Notes under the pieces: model-generated
Database searches by the model: none
What the model was told of the DNA's origin: nothing
Seen by the model: the letters and a program-made list of their open reading frames with translations, nothing else
Made by a program: the position numbers and the translations under genes
Shown: in pieces, positions 8,725 to 17,601 of the stretch
How positions within the stretch are numbered: the stretch's first letter is position 1
How the letters are laid out: the number at the start of each line of letters is the position of its first letter
Assembly: GCA_035531595.1 (NCBI GenBank)
Contig: DATKSN010000082.1
Location: forward strand, 20,478 to 84,477
Reading direction: 5' to 3'
Source of the DNA: Pirellulales bacterium
GTDB lineage: Bacteria > Planctomycetota > Planctomycetia > Pirellulales > JAICIG01
Length of the DNA stretch: 64,000 bases

Positions 8725-10503
8725 TTACTTCTTCCGCGCGATGGTGACGAAGAAAGCCCCGCACAGGTCGTTCCCGTCGGCGTCGGCGAACCACGCCTTG
8801 AATTTCGCGCGTCCGGCGGAAACCGTTGCAGTGAGTGTGGCGCCGGTCGCCTTCGGGTCGGCCCTGGTCGAGGCCTTCACCCCGGCGATGGCGATCGTCG
8901 CGGCGGCGATCGTCGGGAACCCGACGGTCGTGAGGTTCGGCTCGGTGGCGGGGGATTTCGCGGACGGTTCGTACTTGTCGCCCAAGGCCGCCTGCGTCTG
9001 TTTCGGCCACCGCCGCAGCGTGAACTCGTACTCCCCGGCCTCTTCGACCTGGATGTGCCAGTGTCCGCCAGTCGGGCCGCCGACCGCCTCGCGGACGTAT
9101 CCGCTGTTGTCGGCGTACATGCCTTCCCAGTCACCGCTGGTGATCTCCACGACCGGCTGCCGCTGGGCACCGATGCTGATCGGCACGAACTCGTTGAGCG
9201 TCGGCTCCAGTCCTTGCCACCACGTCTCGTAGTGGTCGCGCATGACCTTCATCACGTCGGGGTGCTTGTCCGCCACGTTGGTCTTCTGTCCGCGGTCGGC
9301 CTCGACGTCGTACAGTTCCTCGCCCTTCACCAGCCGCCATTTGCCCCAGATGATACACGAGTCGAGTTTCTTGATGATCTGTCCATACTGCACGACGAGC
9401 TTGCGATCCGGCAATTCCTTCCGCGTCTCCCGCAGCAGCCCGGCGAGACTGGCGCCGCGGTAAAGGTCGTCGCTGGCGGCCCACTTCCGCTGGGCGACGC
9501 CGCACAGATCGCACAACGTCGGGAGCAGGTCGATGTTCTGCGCCGGCGTGCTGACGTTACGTGGCTTGCCGAACTTCCCGTTCGGCCAGCGAATCCAACA
9601 CGGGACGCGGTGCCCACCGTCGTAGTAGGCGGTCTTGCGCCCTCGCAGCCCGGCGTTGAATACGTTCACCCCGGCGGTACCGCCGTTGTCGGTCATGAAG
9701 ATGACGATGGTGTCGTCCTTCAGCTTCTGGTCGACGAGGAACTTCTCCAGGTCGCCGAACCGCTTGTCGAGGTGCGCGATCATGCCGAAGAACTCGGCCG
9801 GCCCTTTCCCCAGGTACGGCTTGGCGTACTCCTCCAGGTCGATGTGCGGGGCGTGAGCGGCGTTGGTCGGCAGGTAGCAGAGAAACGGCTCATCCTCCCG
9901 CTTCCGCTCCTTCATCCATGCCATGGCGGAGTCGAACCAGAAGTCGGTGCAGTGGCCCTGATACCGTTTCTCGGTCCCGTTGTGGAAGTACCGCCCGTCG
10001 ATGAGCGGCCAGTCGAACTCGGGGGTGGAGAGCAGTTGTCCCCAGCCGAGGTGGTACACGCACTCGTGGAACCCCTTATCAATGGGCCGGTGCGGGTAGG
10101 AGTCGCCGAGGTGCCATTTCCCGAACAGGCCGGTCTTATAGCCGGCCTTTCCGAACACGTCGGCCAGTGTCGGTATGCCGGGCCGGAGGAACGTGCGGCC
10201 CGCGGTGACCGATGTCGCCCCGTTCCGCAGGGCTGTCAGTCCGGTGAGCAGTTGCCCGCGGGTGGGGCTGCACATCGGGCAAACGTGAAAGTCGGTGAAC
10301 CGCACCGCTTCCCCGGCGAAGGCGTCGAAGTTCGGCGTCTTCAGCACCGGGTTGCCTGTGAACGAGAAGTCGCCGAGTCCTTGGTCGTCGGTCATGACGA
10401 TGATCACGTTCGGCTTCGTCTGATCGGTGGCCCCAGCCGCCGTAAGCGACGTCAAAAAAAACGCAGCCGAGAGCATCAACCGGATCAAGAGTCCTCCTGT
10501 CAC
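8725..10503 (-). CDS. sulfatase with C-terminal extra domain
   Basis: NVIIVMTDDQGLGD and CPMCSPTRGQLLTG are sulfatase motifs. The GTG start overlaps the stop of the upstream DUF1501 gene (GTGA). Confidence 0.9.
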   Translation of the reverse strand: MTGGLLIRLMLSAAFFLTSLTAAGATDQTKPNVIIVMTDDQGLGDFSFTGNPVLKTPNFDAFAGEAVRFTDFHVCPMCSPTRGQLLTGLTALRNGATSVTAGRTFLRPGIPTLADVFGKAGYKTGLFGKWHLGDSYPHRPIDKGFHECVYHLGWGQLLSTPEFDWPLIDGRYFHNGTEKRYQGHCTDFWFDSAMAWMKERKREDEPFLCYLPTNAAHAPHIDLEEYAKPYLGKGPAEFFGMIAHLDKRFGDLEKFLVDQKLKDDTIVIFMTDNGGTAGVNVFNAGLRGRKTAYYDGGHRVPCWIRWPNGKFGKPRNVSTPAQNIDLLPTLCDLCGVAQRKWAASDDLYRGASLAGLLRETRKELPDRKLVVQYGQIIKKLDSCIIWGKWRLVKGEELYDVEADRGQKTNVADKHPDVMKVMRDHYETWWQGLEPTLNEFVPISIGAQRQPVVEITSGDWEGMYADNSGYVREAVGGPTGGHWHIQVEEAGEYEFTLRRWPKQTQAALGDKYEPSAKSPATEPNLTTVGFPTIAAATIAIAGVKASTRADPKATGATLTATVSAGRAKFKAWFADADGNDLCGAFFVTIARKK

Positions 10504-11864
10504 CCGTAGAGTGGAGAGATGACTTCGCCCCCGTTCAAGCGGTGAGGTCGGCCGAGGCGGTCGATGATTTGGCTTTCTGGCGCAATGCCCAGGGCGCTAT
10601 AAACCGTGGCGCCTAGGTCCGCGGGATACCACCCGCGCGTGGCGGGCCACGCGGCCTGGGCGTCGCTGGCGCCGATCACTTGCCCCCCGCAAACGCCGGC
10701 CCCGGCAAACACGGCGCTAAACACACCCGACCAGTGGTCGCGCCCCGCGGCTGGGTTGATTTGCGGCGTGCGGCCGAATTCGCCCGTCACGACCACCAGC
10801 GTCTCGTCCAACAGACCTCGTGCTTTCAAGTCTTCCAACAGCGCGGCGAGTCCCTGGTCAAACGGGGGCAGCAAGCGATCTTTGAGCTGGGCAAAGTTCG
10901 AGCCGTGCGTGTCCCAGTTGTTCATCGAGCCCATGTTGGCCTGTACGACGGGCATGCCCGCCTCGACGAGCCGCCGCGCCAGGAGCAGCGACTGTCCGAA
11001 CGCATGGCGGCCATAATGGTCGCGCGACGCGGCCGGCTCGGCGTCGAGATTGAAGGCTTCGCGGAAGCGGGCTCCTTCGGTCAGGAGCGTGAAAGCATTG
11101 TCGAATCGGGCCGAACGATCCTGGGCGGTCGCGGTCGCCGCCAGGTCGCGCCGCTTGTCGTCAAGTCTGGCCAGGAGGTTGCGGCGGTCGGACAGCCGGT
11201 CGATGGTCAGCCCCGGCAACAGGTCCAATTCCTGCAAGCGGAAGTCCGCCGCGTTGGGGTCGCGCGTGAGCTGCCAAGGGTCGAACTTGCTGCCCAGAAA
11301 GCCGCCGTTCTGGCCGGAGAAGCCGTAACCGTTGTGCAAGTAAGTGGGCAACAGCACGCCCGAAGGCAGGCCATCGGCCCGCGGTCGCAGATATTGAACG
11401 CCTGACGCATAGCAGGGCCAGTCGTCGCGGCTGGCCATGTGGGTGGCGCCGGCCGGCAACGCATTGACGCCACTCAGCATGAAATGCGTGGCCTGCTCGT
11501 GGCCGGGCAAACTATGCGTCATGCTTCGCACGATGGCATACTTGTCCGCCAGCTTGGCCAGCCGTGGCAGGTGGGGAGTGATTTGAATGCCCGGCACGTT
11601 GGTATCGACGGGCTGAAACTCGCCGCGCACTTCGGCCGGCGCCTTGGGCTTGAGATCCCAAATATCCTGATGGGCCGGCGCTCCAGTGCAAAAGACCAGA
11701 ATCACCGACTTGGCGCGGCCGGAAGCCACCGCCCGTCCGTCCGCTGCCGAGCCGGCCCTGAGTTGACCCACATGCAAACCCAACAAGCCCGAGAAACCGA
11801 CTTGCAGGAATTCCTTGCGGCTGATGCCCAGGCGATGTTGGTGCGGTCGAATGGCAAGTCGCAT
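10500..11864 (-). CDS. DUF1501 family protein (sulfatase-like, TAT signal)
   Basis: It has a TAT-like ISRKEFLQVGF and the hallmark VVVTGEFGRTP...GRDHW. ATG at 11864 has GGAG 10 nt upstream. The ORF-track start at 11888 is a TTG. Confidence 0.85.
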   Translation of the reverse strand: MRLAIRPHQHRLGISRKEFLQVGFSGLLGLHVGQLRAGSAADGRAVASGRAKSVILVFCTGAPAHQDIWDLKPKAPAEVRGEFQPVDTNVPGIQITPHLPRLAKLADKYAIVRSMTHSLPGHEQATHFMLSGVNALPAGATHMASRDDWPCYASGVQYLRPRADGLPSGVLLPTYLHNGYGFSGQNGGFLGSKFDPWQLTRDPNAADFRLQELDLLPGLTIDRLSDRRNLLARLDDKRRDLAATATAQDRSARFDNAFTLLTEGARFREAFNLDAEPAASRDHYGRHAFGQSLLLARRLVEAGMPVVQANMGSMNNWDTHGSNFAQLKDRLLPPFDQGLAALLEDLKARGLLDETLVVVTGEFGRTPQINPAAGRDHWSGVFSAVFAGAGVCGGQVIGASDAQAAWPATRGWYPADLGATVYSALGIAPESQIIDRLGRPHRLNGGEVISPLYG

Positions 11865-11918
11865 TGAGGCGGGTCTCCGGGGGGGCAACGCGGGCCGCCG
11901 GAAATATCCTACCCAGGT

Positions 11919-11968
11919 GTCGCCTTTCGCTCCGCGAAAGAATGCCCTTTCGCGGAGCGAAAGGCGAC
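11919..11968. repeat. PAL-Z 50-bp palindrome, copy 1
   Basis: The sequence is GTCGCCTTTCGCTCCGCGAAAGAATGCCCTTTCGCGGAGCGAAAGGCGAC. Confidence 0.9.
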
Positions 11969-12274
11969 TTTAAGGCAGGCATCAGCGTTGATCATTTCCG
12001 GCGGCCCGCCTAAGATCCAGGCGGGCAACCCTAAGTATGGCGGATCGTAGCCAACACGGCAAGTGTAAAACCTTCGGCTCGCGTGGCCGGGCGGCGATTC
12101 TGGATTCTGCTGGTTCCAGCGAAGCCGCCGGGTGGTAGAATAACGGAATGTCCGTAGCATACCGCCCGCGACATCGGGCCGAGGTATCCTGGGACAATGC
12201 TCGCAGGCGGTCATTCCAAAAACACAGTCGTCGCTCGGCCATCGCCGCGGCGGGAAACTCAAGGAGCGGAAAGC

Positions 12275-13639
12275 ATGGCTCGCGAAATCAATCGGCGTGG
12301 TTTTCTTCAGGGCGCCTCGCTGGCAGGCGTCGGCTTCTGGGTTGCCGGCCGACCCGCGCTGGTCTTCGCCGACTCGCCCAATGAGAAAATCAATATCGCG
12401 TGCGTCGGCGTCGGCGGGAAAGGGTCGAGCGACACCGATCAGGCCGCCAACTACGGCAACATCGTGGCGCTGTGCGATATCGACGACCAGCGGCTCGGCG
12501 CCAAGGCCGAAAAGTTCCCCCGCGCCAAAACGTACAACGACTATCGCAAGCTGCTCGACGAGATGCACCCACAGATCGACGCCGTGGTCGTGAGCACGCC
12601 CGACCACACCCACGCGCCGGCGGCCGTTCGAGCCATGCGGTTGGGCAAGCACGTCTATTGCCAAAAGCCGCTGACGCATTCGATCGCCGAAGCACGCCTG
12701 ATGCGCGATACCGCTCGGCAATACAAAGTCGCCACGCAAATGGGCAATCAGGGAACTGCCGACGGCGGGTTCCGCCGGGGCGTCGAGATCGTTCGCTCGG
12801 GCGCCATCGGCCCGGTGCGCGAAGTCCATGTGTGGACGAACCGCCCGTTCAAGTATTGGAAGCAAGCGCCCGACATCGTTGCCCGGCCCACGGAAACTCC
12901 GCCGGTTCCGTCGCATGTGCATTGGGACTTGTTCCTCGGTACGGCGCCCGCTCGTCCGTATCACCCGGTGTATCATCCGCACGACTGGCGCGGGTGGTGG
13001 GACTTCGGCACCGGTTCGCTGGGCGACATGGCCTGCCACACGGCAAATCTACCGTTCATGGCGTTGAAGCTGGGCTACCCGACGCGCGTCTCGGCGGTCA
13101 GCGGCGCGGTCAATCCAGAAACGTACCCCGCCTGGGCGACGATCACCTATGAGTTCCCCGCGCGAGACGACTTGCCTCCGGTCAAGCTGACCTGGTACGA
13201 AGGCGCCCGCGACGGCGAGCGCAACTTGCCGCGCGCCGAGTTGCTGCGAGGCGAGACTCCGTCGAGCAGCGGAGCGCTCTTGATCGGCGAGCGCGGGGCG
13301 ATGTTGTCGCCCAACGACTACGGCGCCGAGCAGAAGCTGCTGCCGGCGAAGCAGTTCGAGGGCTACCAACCCCCCGAGCCGACGCTCGCGCGGATCGAGG
13401 GAGACCGCGGCATCGACGACAACCAGAAACGCGAATGGGCGCATGCCATCCTTGGCGGCCCACCCGCGCTGAGCAACTTCGACTACGCCGCGGTGCTCAC
13501 CGAGACGATGCTCTTGGGCAACGTCGCCGTCCGCGTCGGCAAGCCGCTCGAATACGACGCGGCCAACGTGCGAATCACCAACTGCCCCGCCGCCGCCGAC
13601 TGGATCAGCCCCAAGTACCGTCAAGGCTGGGATCTGTGA
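12275..13639 (+). CDS. Gfo/Idh/MocA family oxidoreductase with TAT signal
   Basis: AAGGAG lies before ATG at 12275. It has RRGFLQGASLAG, the Rossmann motif INIACVGVGGKGSSD, and VVVSTPDHTHA. Confidence 0.85.
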   Translation: MAREINRRGFLQGASLAGVGFWVAGRPALVFADSPNEKINIACVGVGGKGSSDTDQAANYGNIVALCDIDDQRLGAKAEKFPRAKTYNDYRKLLDEMHPQIDAVVVSTPDHTHAPAAVRAMRLGKHVYCQKPLTHSIAEARLMRDTARQYKVATQMGNQGTADGGFRRGVEIVRSGAIGPVREVHVWTNRPFKYWKQAPDIVARPTETPPVPSHVHWDLFLGTAPARPYHPVYHPHDWRGWWDFGTGSLGDMACHTANLPFMALKLGYPTRVSAVSGAVNPETYPAWATITYEFPARDDLPPVKLTWYEGARDGERNLPRAELLRGETPSSSGALLIGERGAMLSPNDYGAEQKLLPAKQFEGYQPPEPTLARIEGDRGIDDNQKREWAHAILGGPPALSNFDYAAVLTETMLLGNVAVRVGKPLEYDAANVRITNCPAAADWISPKYRQGWDL

Positions 13640-14490
13640 CCGTGCCGATTGGCCAATGCGCGAGTCTCGCCTGCCTGCTGGAGGCCACGGCCGGCAAGCC
13701 GGGCAATGTGCATCGCGGCGGCGACTTTGAGGACTTGACGTACCTCGATTTCGCGACCAGCGCGGTGATCATCGCCCCGGCGTTTGAAGCCGCCGCGGCG
13801 GGGGCGCGGCTCGGCGAGACGGTGCTGGCCGCGGTTGAGGCGACTCGCGGCGCCGTGGGCGCGAATACCAACCTGGGCACCATCCTCTTGCTCGCACCCT
13901 TGGCGATGACGCCCAAGACGGCGCCGCTGGACCAAGGCGTCGCCCGCGTCATCGCCGCTTTGAACGCCGATGACGCGCGACTCGTTTATCGAGCCATTGG
14001 TCTGGCGGAGCCGGGCGGACTGGGGCAGGTCGATGAGGCGGACGTGCGCGGCCAACCGCCGCGTGATCTGTTGGCCGCCATGCGCCTGGCCGCCGACCGC
14101 GACCTGGTGGCGAGGCAATATGTCGATCATTTCGCCGAGGTTTTGGGGAAGGTCGTTCCGTGGCTTGACGAGGGTCAGCGGCAAAACTGGCCGTTATCCG
14201 CCACGATCGTCGCCACGCACCTGCGACTCATGAGCGAGTTCCCCGACAGCCTGATCCGCCGCAAGTGCGGCGATGAAACGGCCCAGCAGGCCGCCGCCGG
14301 CGCCTCCGCGGCGCTGGCCGCCGGTAAGCCCGGCGACGAAGCCTACCGCCGCGCGGTGGCCGACCTCGATTTCTGGCTGCGCGCCGATGGTCACCGACGC
14401 AATCCGGGCACGTCGGCCGACATGGTCGCCGCCGGTTTGTTCGCCGCGCTGCGAGATGGCATAATTGAGTTGCCCATACGGTTTTATTGA
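13636..14490 (+). CDS. triphosphoribosyl-dephospho-CoA synthase (CitG/MdcB) family protein
   Basis: EATAGKPGNVHRGGDFEDLTYLDF and NTNLGTILLLAPLA fit the family. The GTG start overlaps the upstream stop (GTGA). Confidence 0.8.
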   Translation: MTVPIGQCASLACLLEATAGKPGNVHRGGDFEDLTYLDFATSAVIIAPAFEAAAAGARLGETVLAAVEATRGAVGANTNLGTILLLAPLAMTPKTAPLDQGVARVIAALNADDARLVYRAIGLAEPGGLGQVDEADVRGQPPRDLLAAMRLAADRDLVARQYVDHFAEVLGKVVPWLDEGQRQNWPLSATIVATHLRLMSEFPDSLIRRKCGDETAQQAAAGASAALAAGKPGDEAYRRAVADLDFWLRADGHRRNPGTSADMVAAGLFAALRDGIIELPIRFY

Positions 14491-14495
14491 ATGGC

Positions 14496-14517
14496 GTAGG
14501 GTGGGCATTGCCCACCC
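14496..14517. repeat. PAL-G short palindrome GTAGGGTGGGC-N4-GCCCACCC
   Basis: I read it directly. It lies between the citG-like stop and the PTPS-like start. Confidence 0.85.
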
Positions 14518-14537
14518 ATCCAACCGACAACTGCTCC

Positions 14538-15029
14538 ATGTCCGAGACCTACCACGTCCGCCTGGCGAAACACGACATGGTGTTCAGCGCCGCGCACTTC
14601 ATCACCTTCAACGGCAACATCTGTGAGCGTCTGCACGGGCACAATTACCGCGTCGCGGCGGAAGTGCGTGGCTCGCTCGATGAGAACCACTACGTCGTCG
14701 ATTTCATCGCCTTGCGCGACACGTTGCGTGGGATCGTCGCCGAACTCGACCACCACATGATCTTGCCGACGACGCACCCCGCGATCAAGGTCTCCGCCGG
14801 CGAGCGCGAGGTGGAAGTGACCTTCGAGGACCGCCGTTGGGTGTTTCCCCGCGGCGACTGCATTCTCTTGCCCGTTGCGAACACGACCGCCGAGCTTTTG
14901 GCCCGCTACATCGGGCGCCGCCTGCTCGACGGACTGGTCGCCAAGACCGGTTTCCGGCCGCGGCGGCTGCTGATTGAGGTCGATGAATGCGAAGGGCAAA
15001 TGGGGGTCTGCGAGTTGAGCGGCGATTGA
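14538..15029 (+). CDS. 6-pyruvoyl-tetrahydropterin synthase (PTPS/QueD) family protein
   Basis: FSAAHFITFNGNICERLHGHNYRV and HYVVDFIAL are PTPS motifs. Confidence 0.8.
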   Translation: MSETYHVRLAKHDMVFSAAHFITFNGNICERLHGHNYRVAAEVRGSLDENHYVVDFIALRDTLRGIVAELDHHMILPTTHPAIKVSAGEREVEVTFEDRRWVFPRGDCILLPVANTTAELLARYIGRRLLDGLVAKTGFRPRRLLIEVDECEGQMGVCELSGD

Positions 15030-15049
15030 CTCAAGTCGCACAGGTTTTC

Positions 15050-15697
15050 ATGCCGATGACCAGCTCCGTGTCGAACCCGGGCATTCGCAAAGCCGCCGTG
15101 TTGGTGATGAGCTTGCCGAAAGAAGCGGCGGGCCGGTTGATGGCCAAATTGACGCCCCAGCAGGTCCAGTTCGTCTCGGCCGAAATCGCCAGGACCGGCC
15201 CCCTCGGGGGCGGCGAGCAAGAAGCCGCGTTCGACGATTTCGCCACGGCCTGCCAAAGCTTGGTCAGCGTAGCGAGGCCGTTCGGCTTCCTCGAAGAGAT
15301 CTCCGGCCGGAATCTGCTGGCGTTCATCATCGACGAACATCCGCAGACGATCGCCCTGATCCTTGCACATTCGCAGCCGGCGCAAGCGGCCGATGTCATC
15401 AGCGGCCTGTCCAGCGACCGGCGGCTGGACGTGCTGCGGAGGATCGCGAGTATGCGGCAGCCTAGTCGCGAGATCCTCCGCGTAGTCGAGCAGGAGTTGG
15501 AGCACCGCATGTCAAGCGTGCTTGGCCGGCAGTCCGAAAACGCGGGCGGCGCGCGGAGCGTGGCGGCGATCCTCGGCGTGGCCGATCAGGCCACCGTACA
15601 AACGCTGCTGGAAATGTTGGGCAAGGAAGCGCCCGATCTGGTCGAGGAAATCCAGCGGCTTCTCGAAAACGCTCGTAAGTGCCGGATCGCCGCTTGA
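15050..15697 (+). CDS. FliG-like protein lacking the C-terminal torque domain
   Basis: The N-domain reads GIRKAAVLVMSLPKEAAGRLMAKL. The middle domain reads EHPQTIALILAHSQPAQAADVISGL. The ARM_C region reads GGARSVAAILGVADQATVQTLLEMLGKEAPDLVEEIQRLL. The ORF stops where MFxF and the FliG_C helices would begin. Confidence 0.7.
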   Translation: MPMTSSVSNPGIRKAAVLVMSLPKEAAGRLMAKLTPQQVQFVSAEIARTGPLGGGEQEAAFDDFATACQSLVSVARPFGFLEEISGRNLLAFIIDEHPQTIALILAHSQPAQAADVISGLSSDRRLDVLRRIASMRQPSREILRVVEQELEHRMSSVLGRQSENAGGARSVAAILGVADQATVQTLLEMLGKEAPDLVEEIQRLLENARKCRIAA

Positions 15698-15728
15698 ATT
15701 CCGTGCGGGAAATGTCCATAATGGCGGT

Positions 15729-16007
15729 ATGAGTACTGCATCGCTTGCCCCTCCGTTCGACCCGGTGGAACTCTACGATCAATTTGGCCAGACGCCTTTC
15801 CAGTTGGTGCGCGTTCATGTCGCGGATGGGCGGACCTACTTGATCGCATCGCGCGAATTCGTGGTCGTGGGAATGACGTACCTCAAGATCGGCACCCAGG
15901 CAATCGGCGAGGCCGAGGGAATCTGCTCCGAAATCGCGCGGGTGCCGTTCGACATGATTGAAAAGATCGAAGCGGTCGGCGTTCCCAAGCCGCCCATTTC
16001 AATTTGA
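15729..16007 (+). CDS. small hypothetical protein (paralog 1)
   Basis: The 92-aa protein contains FQLVRVHVADGRTYLIASREFVVVG...VPFDMIEKIE. It aligns by eye with the next ORF. Confidence 0.5.
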   Translation: MSTASLAPPFDPVELYDQFGQTPFQLVRVHVADGRTYLIASREFVVVGMTYLKIGTQAIGEAEGICSEIARVPFDMIEKIEAVGVPKPPISI

Positions 16008-16044
16008 CGTTCGCCCGCCGTCTGCAACGTGAAGGTAACTCGCA

Positions 16045-16290
16045 ATGCGTCCGGAGGAATTCCTGCGATTACTTCGACAAAGCCCGTTCTTGCCGTTTCG
16101 GCTCTACCTTTCCACCGGTATGACCTTTGAAGTTCGTCACCCCGAATTTGCCGCTTTGGAGCGAACGACTGTTTGGCTCTCGCTACCGGCAGTCCAGCGG
16201 CCAAGACCGATTGCCGAGAGAGAGGTGGTCGTCTCGCTGCTGCACATCGTTTGGATCGAGTTTCTCGAACCGACTGCCGCTTCGGCGTAA
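16045..16290 (+). CDS. small hypothetical protein (paralog 2)
   Basis: The 81-aa protein contains FLPFRLYLSTGMTFEVRHPEFAAL...VVSLLHIVWIEF. GAAGG lies 9 nt upstream of the ATG. Confidence 0.5.
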   Translation: MRPEEFLRLLRQSPFLPFRLYLSTGMTFEVRHPEFAALERTTVWLSLPAVQRPRPIAEREVVVSLLHIVWIEFLEPTAASA

Positions 16291-16367
16291 TTTGGACATG
16301 CTTGGCACGGCCGACCAACCCAGGGCAACGGCTTGATTCCTACTGGTCCGCGGCTATCGTGGCGACC

Positions 16368-17594
16368 ATGTGCTCGCACTCGCCCACATTCGCGCTGAAA
16401 GCTCGCTACGTCTTTCCCGTGTCGTCGCCGCCGATCGCCGACGGCGTGGTGACGACCGCCGCCGGGCGGATCGTAGCCGTCGGACGCGAAGCGGCGGGCT
16501 GTACGCCGCGCGATCTGGGTAACGTGGCCCTGTTGCCCGGATTAGTCAATGCCCATACGCACCTGGAGTTCAGCGACGTACACCGCCCGCTGGGCCGGCC
16601 GAGAATGGCATTTCCCGATTGGATACGCGAGGTTGTCGCCTTTCGACGCGCGCGGGGCGAACAGGGCGCATCGCCGGTCCTGAAGGGCTTGCAAGAAAGC
16701 CTCGCGGCCGGCACGACGTCGCTGGGTGAAATCGCCAGGCCCGGCTGGTCGGCCGGCGCGATGACCAGTTCGCGGTTGGTGCCGACGGTGTTTCTCGAGG
16801 CGATCGGCCTGGCACGCAACCTGCTCGAACCCAAGCTGAACGACGCGCGCGAGCACCTGGATTACGGCGTCGCGGCCGGCGGCTGGCGGCCGGGATTAAG
16901 CCCGCACGCGCCGTACACCGTCCATCCCGATTTATTCGCCTCGCTGGTGACGCTGGCCGCCGCGAACAAGGCTCCGGTCGCCTTTCACCTGGCCGAGTCG
17001 CCCGAGGAATTGGAACTTTTAGCCGGCGGCGGCGGACCATTCCGCGCGTTGCTCATGGAGTTGGGCGCGTGGGATCCGACGGCGATCGCGGCGGGCACGC
17101 GCCCGCTCGACTATCTCCGCCGCCTGGCGGCCTGCGACCGGGCGTTGGTGATCCACGGCAACTATCTCGACGGCGAGGAGCTCGATTTCGTGGCGGCCCA
17201 CGCCGATCGTCTGTCGGTGATCTACTGCCCCCGCACGCACGCCTACTTCGGCCACGCGCGCCATCCCTTGCCGCGGCTGTTGGCCGCGGGGGCTCATGTC
17301 GCCTTGGGCACCGACAGCCGTGCTTCCAATCCCGATCTGAGCATTCTGGCGGAGATGCGGTTCGTCGCCCGCCATTTTCCCGAGATCCCACCGGCCGGAG
17401 TGCTGGAACTGGGCACAGTCGCCGGCGCGCGAGCATTGGGGTTGGAGGCTGACGTTGGCAGCCTCGCGGCAGGGAAAGTGGCGAACCTGGCGATCGTCGC
17501 TTTACCCGAACGCGAGGCCCGCGATCCTTACGAATTGCTGTTCGATTCGGATCGGCCGGTCACTGGGACACCTGCGCGCGCTCAAGCCGGATGA
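16368..17594 (+). CDS. amidohydrolase family protein (nucleoside/aminofutalosine-deaminase-like)
   Basis: It has the metal site GLVNAHTHLEFS and later HLAES and GTDS motifs. It is about 408 aa from ATG at 16368. Confidence 0.8.
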   Translation: MCSHSPTFALKARYVFPVSSPPIADGVVTTAAGRIVAVGREAAGCTPRDLGNVALLPGLVNAHTHLEFSDVHRPLGRPRMAFPDWIREVVAFRRARGEQGASPVLKGLQESLAAGTTSLGEIARPGWSAGAMTSSRLVPTVFLEAIGLARNLLEPKLNDAREHLDYGVAAGGWRPGLSPHAPYTVHPDLFASLVTLAAANKAPVAFHLAESPEELELLAGGGGPFRALLMELGAWDPTAIAAGTRPLDYLRRLAACDRALVIHGNYLDGEELDFVAAHADRLSVIYCPRTHAYFGHARHPLPRLLAAGAHVALGTDSRASNPDLSILAEMRFVARHFPEIPPAGVLELGTVAGARALGLEADVGSLAAGKVANLAIVALPEREARDPYELLFDSDRPVTGTPARAQAG

Positions 17595-17601
17595 ACCCAA
17601 G

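Noticed and set aside
15729-16290. Interpreting the two small paralogues as PilZ (c-di-GMP binding) partners of the FliG-like protein.
   Set aside because: This is tempting because YcgR-type PilZ proteins contact FliG. However, I cannot find the RxxxR and (D/N)xSxxG motifs in register, so it remains pure speculation.
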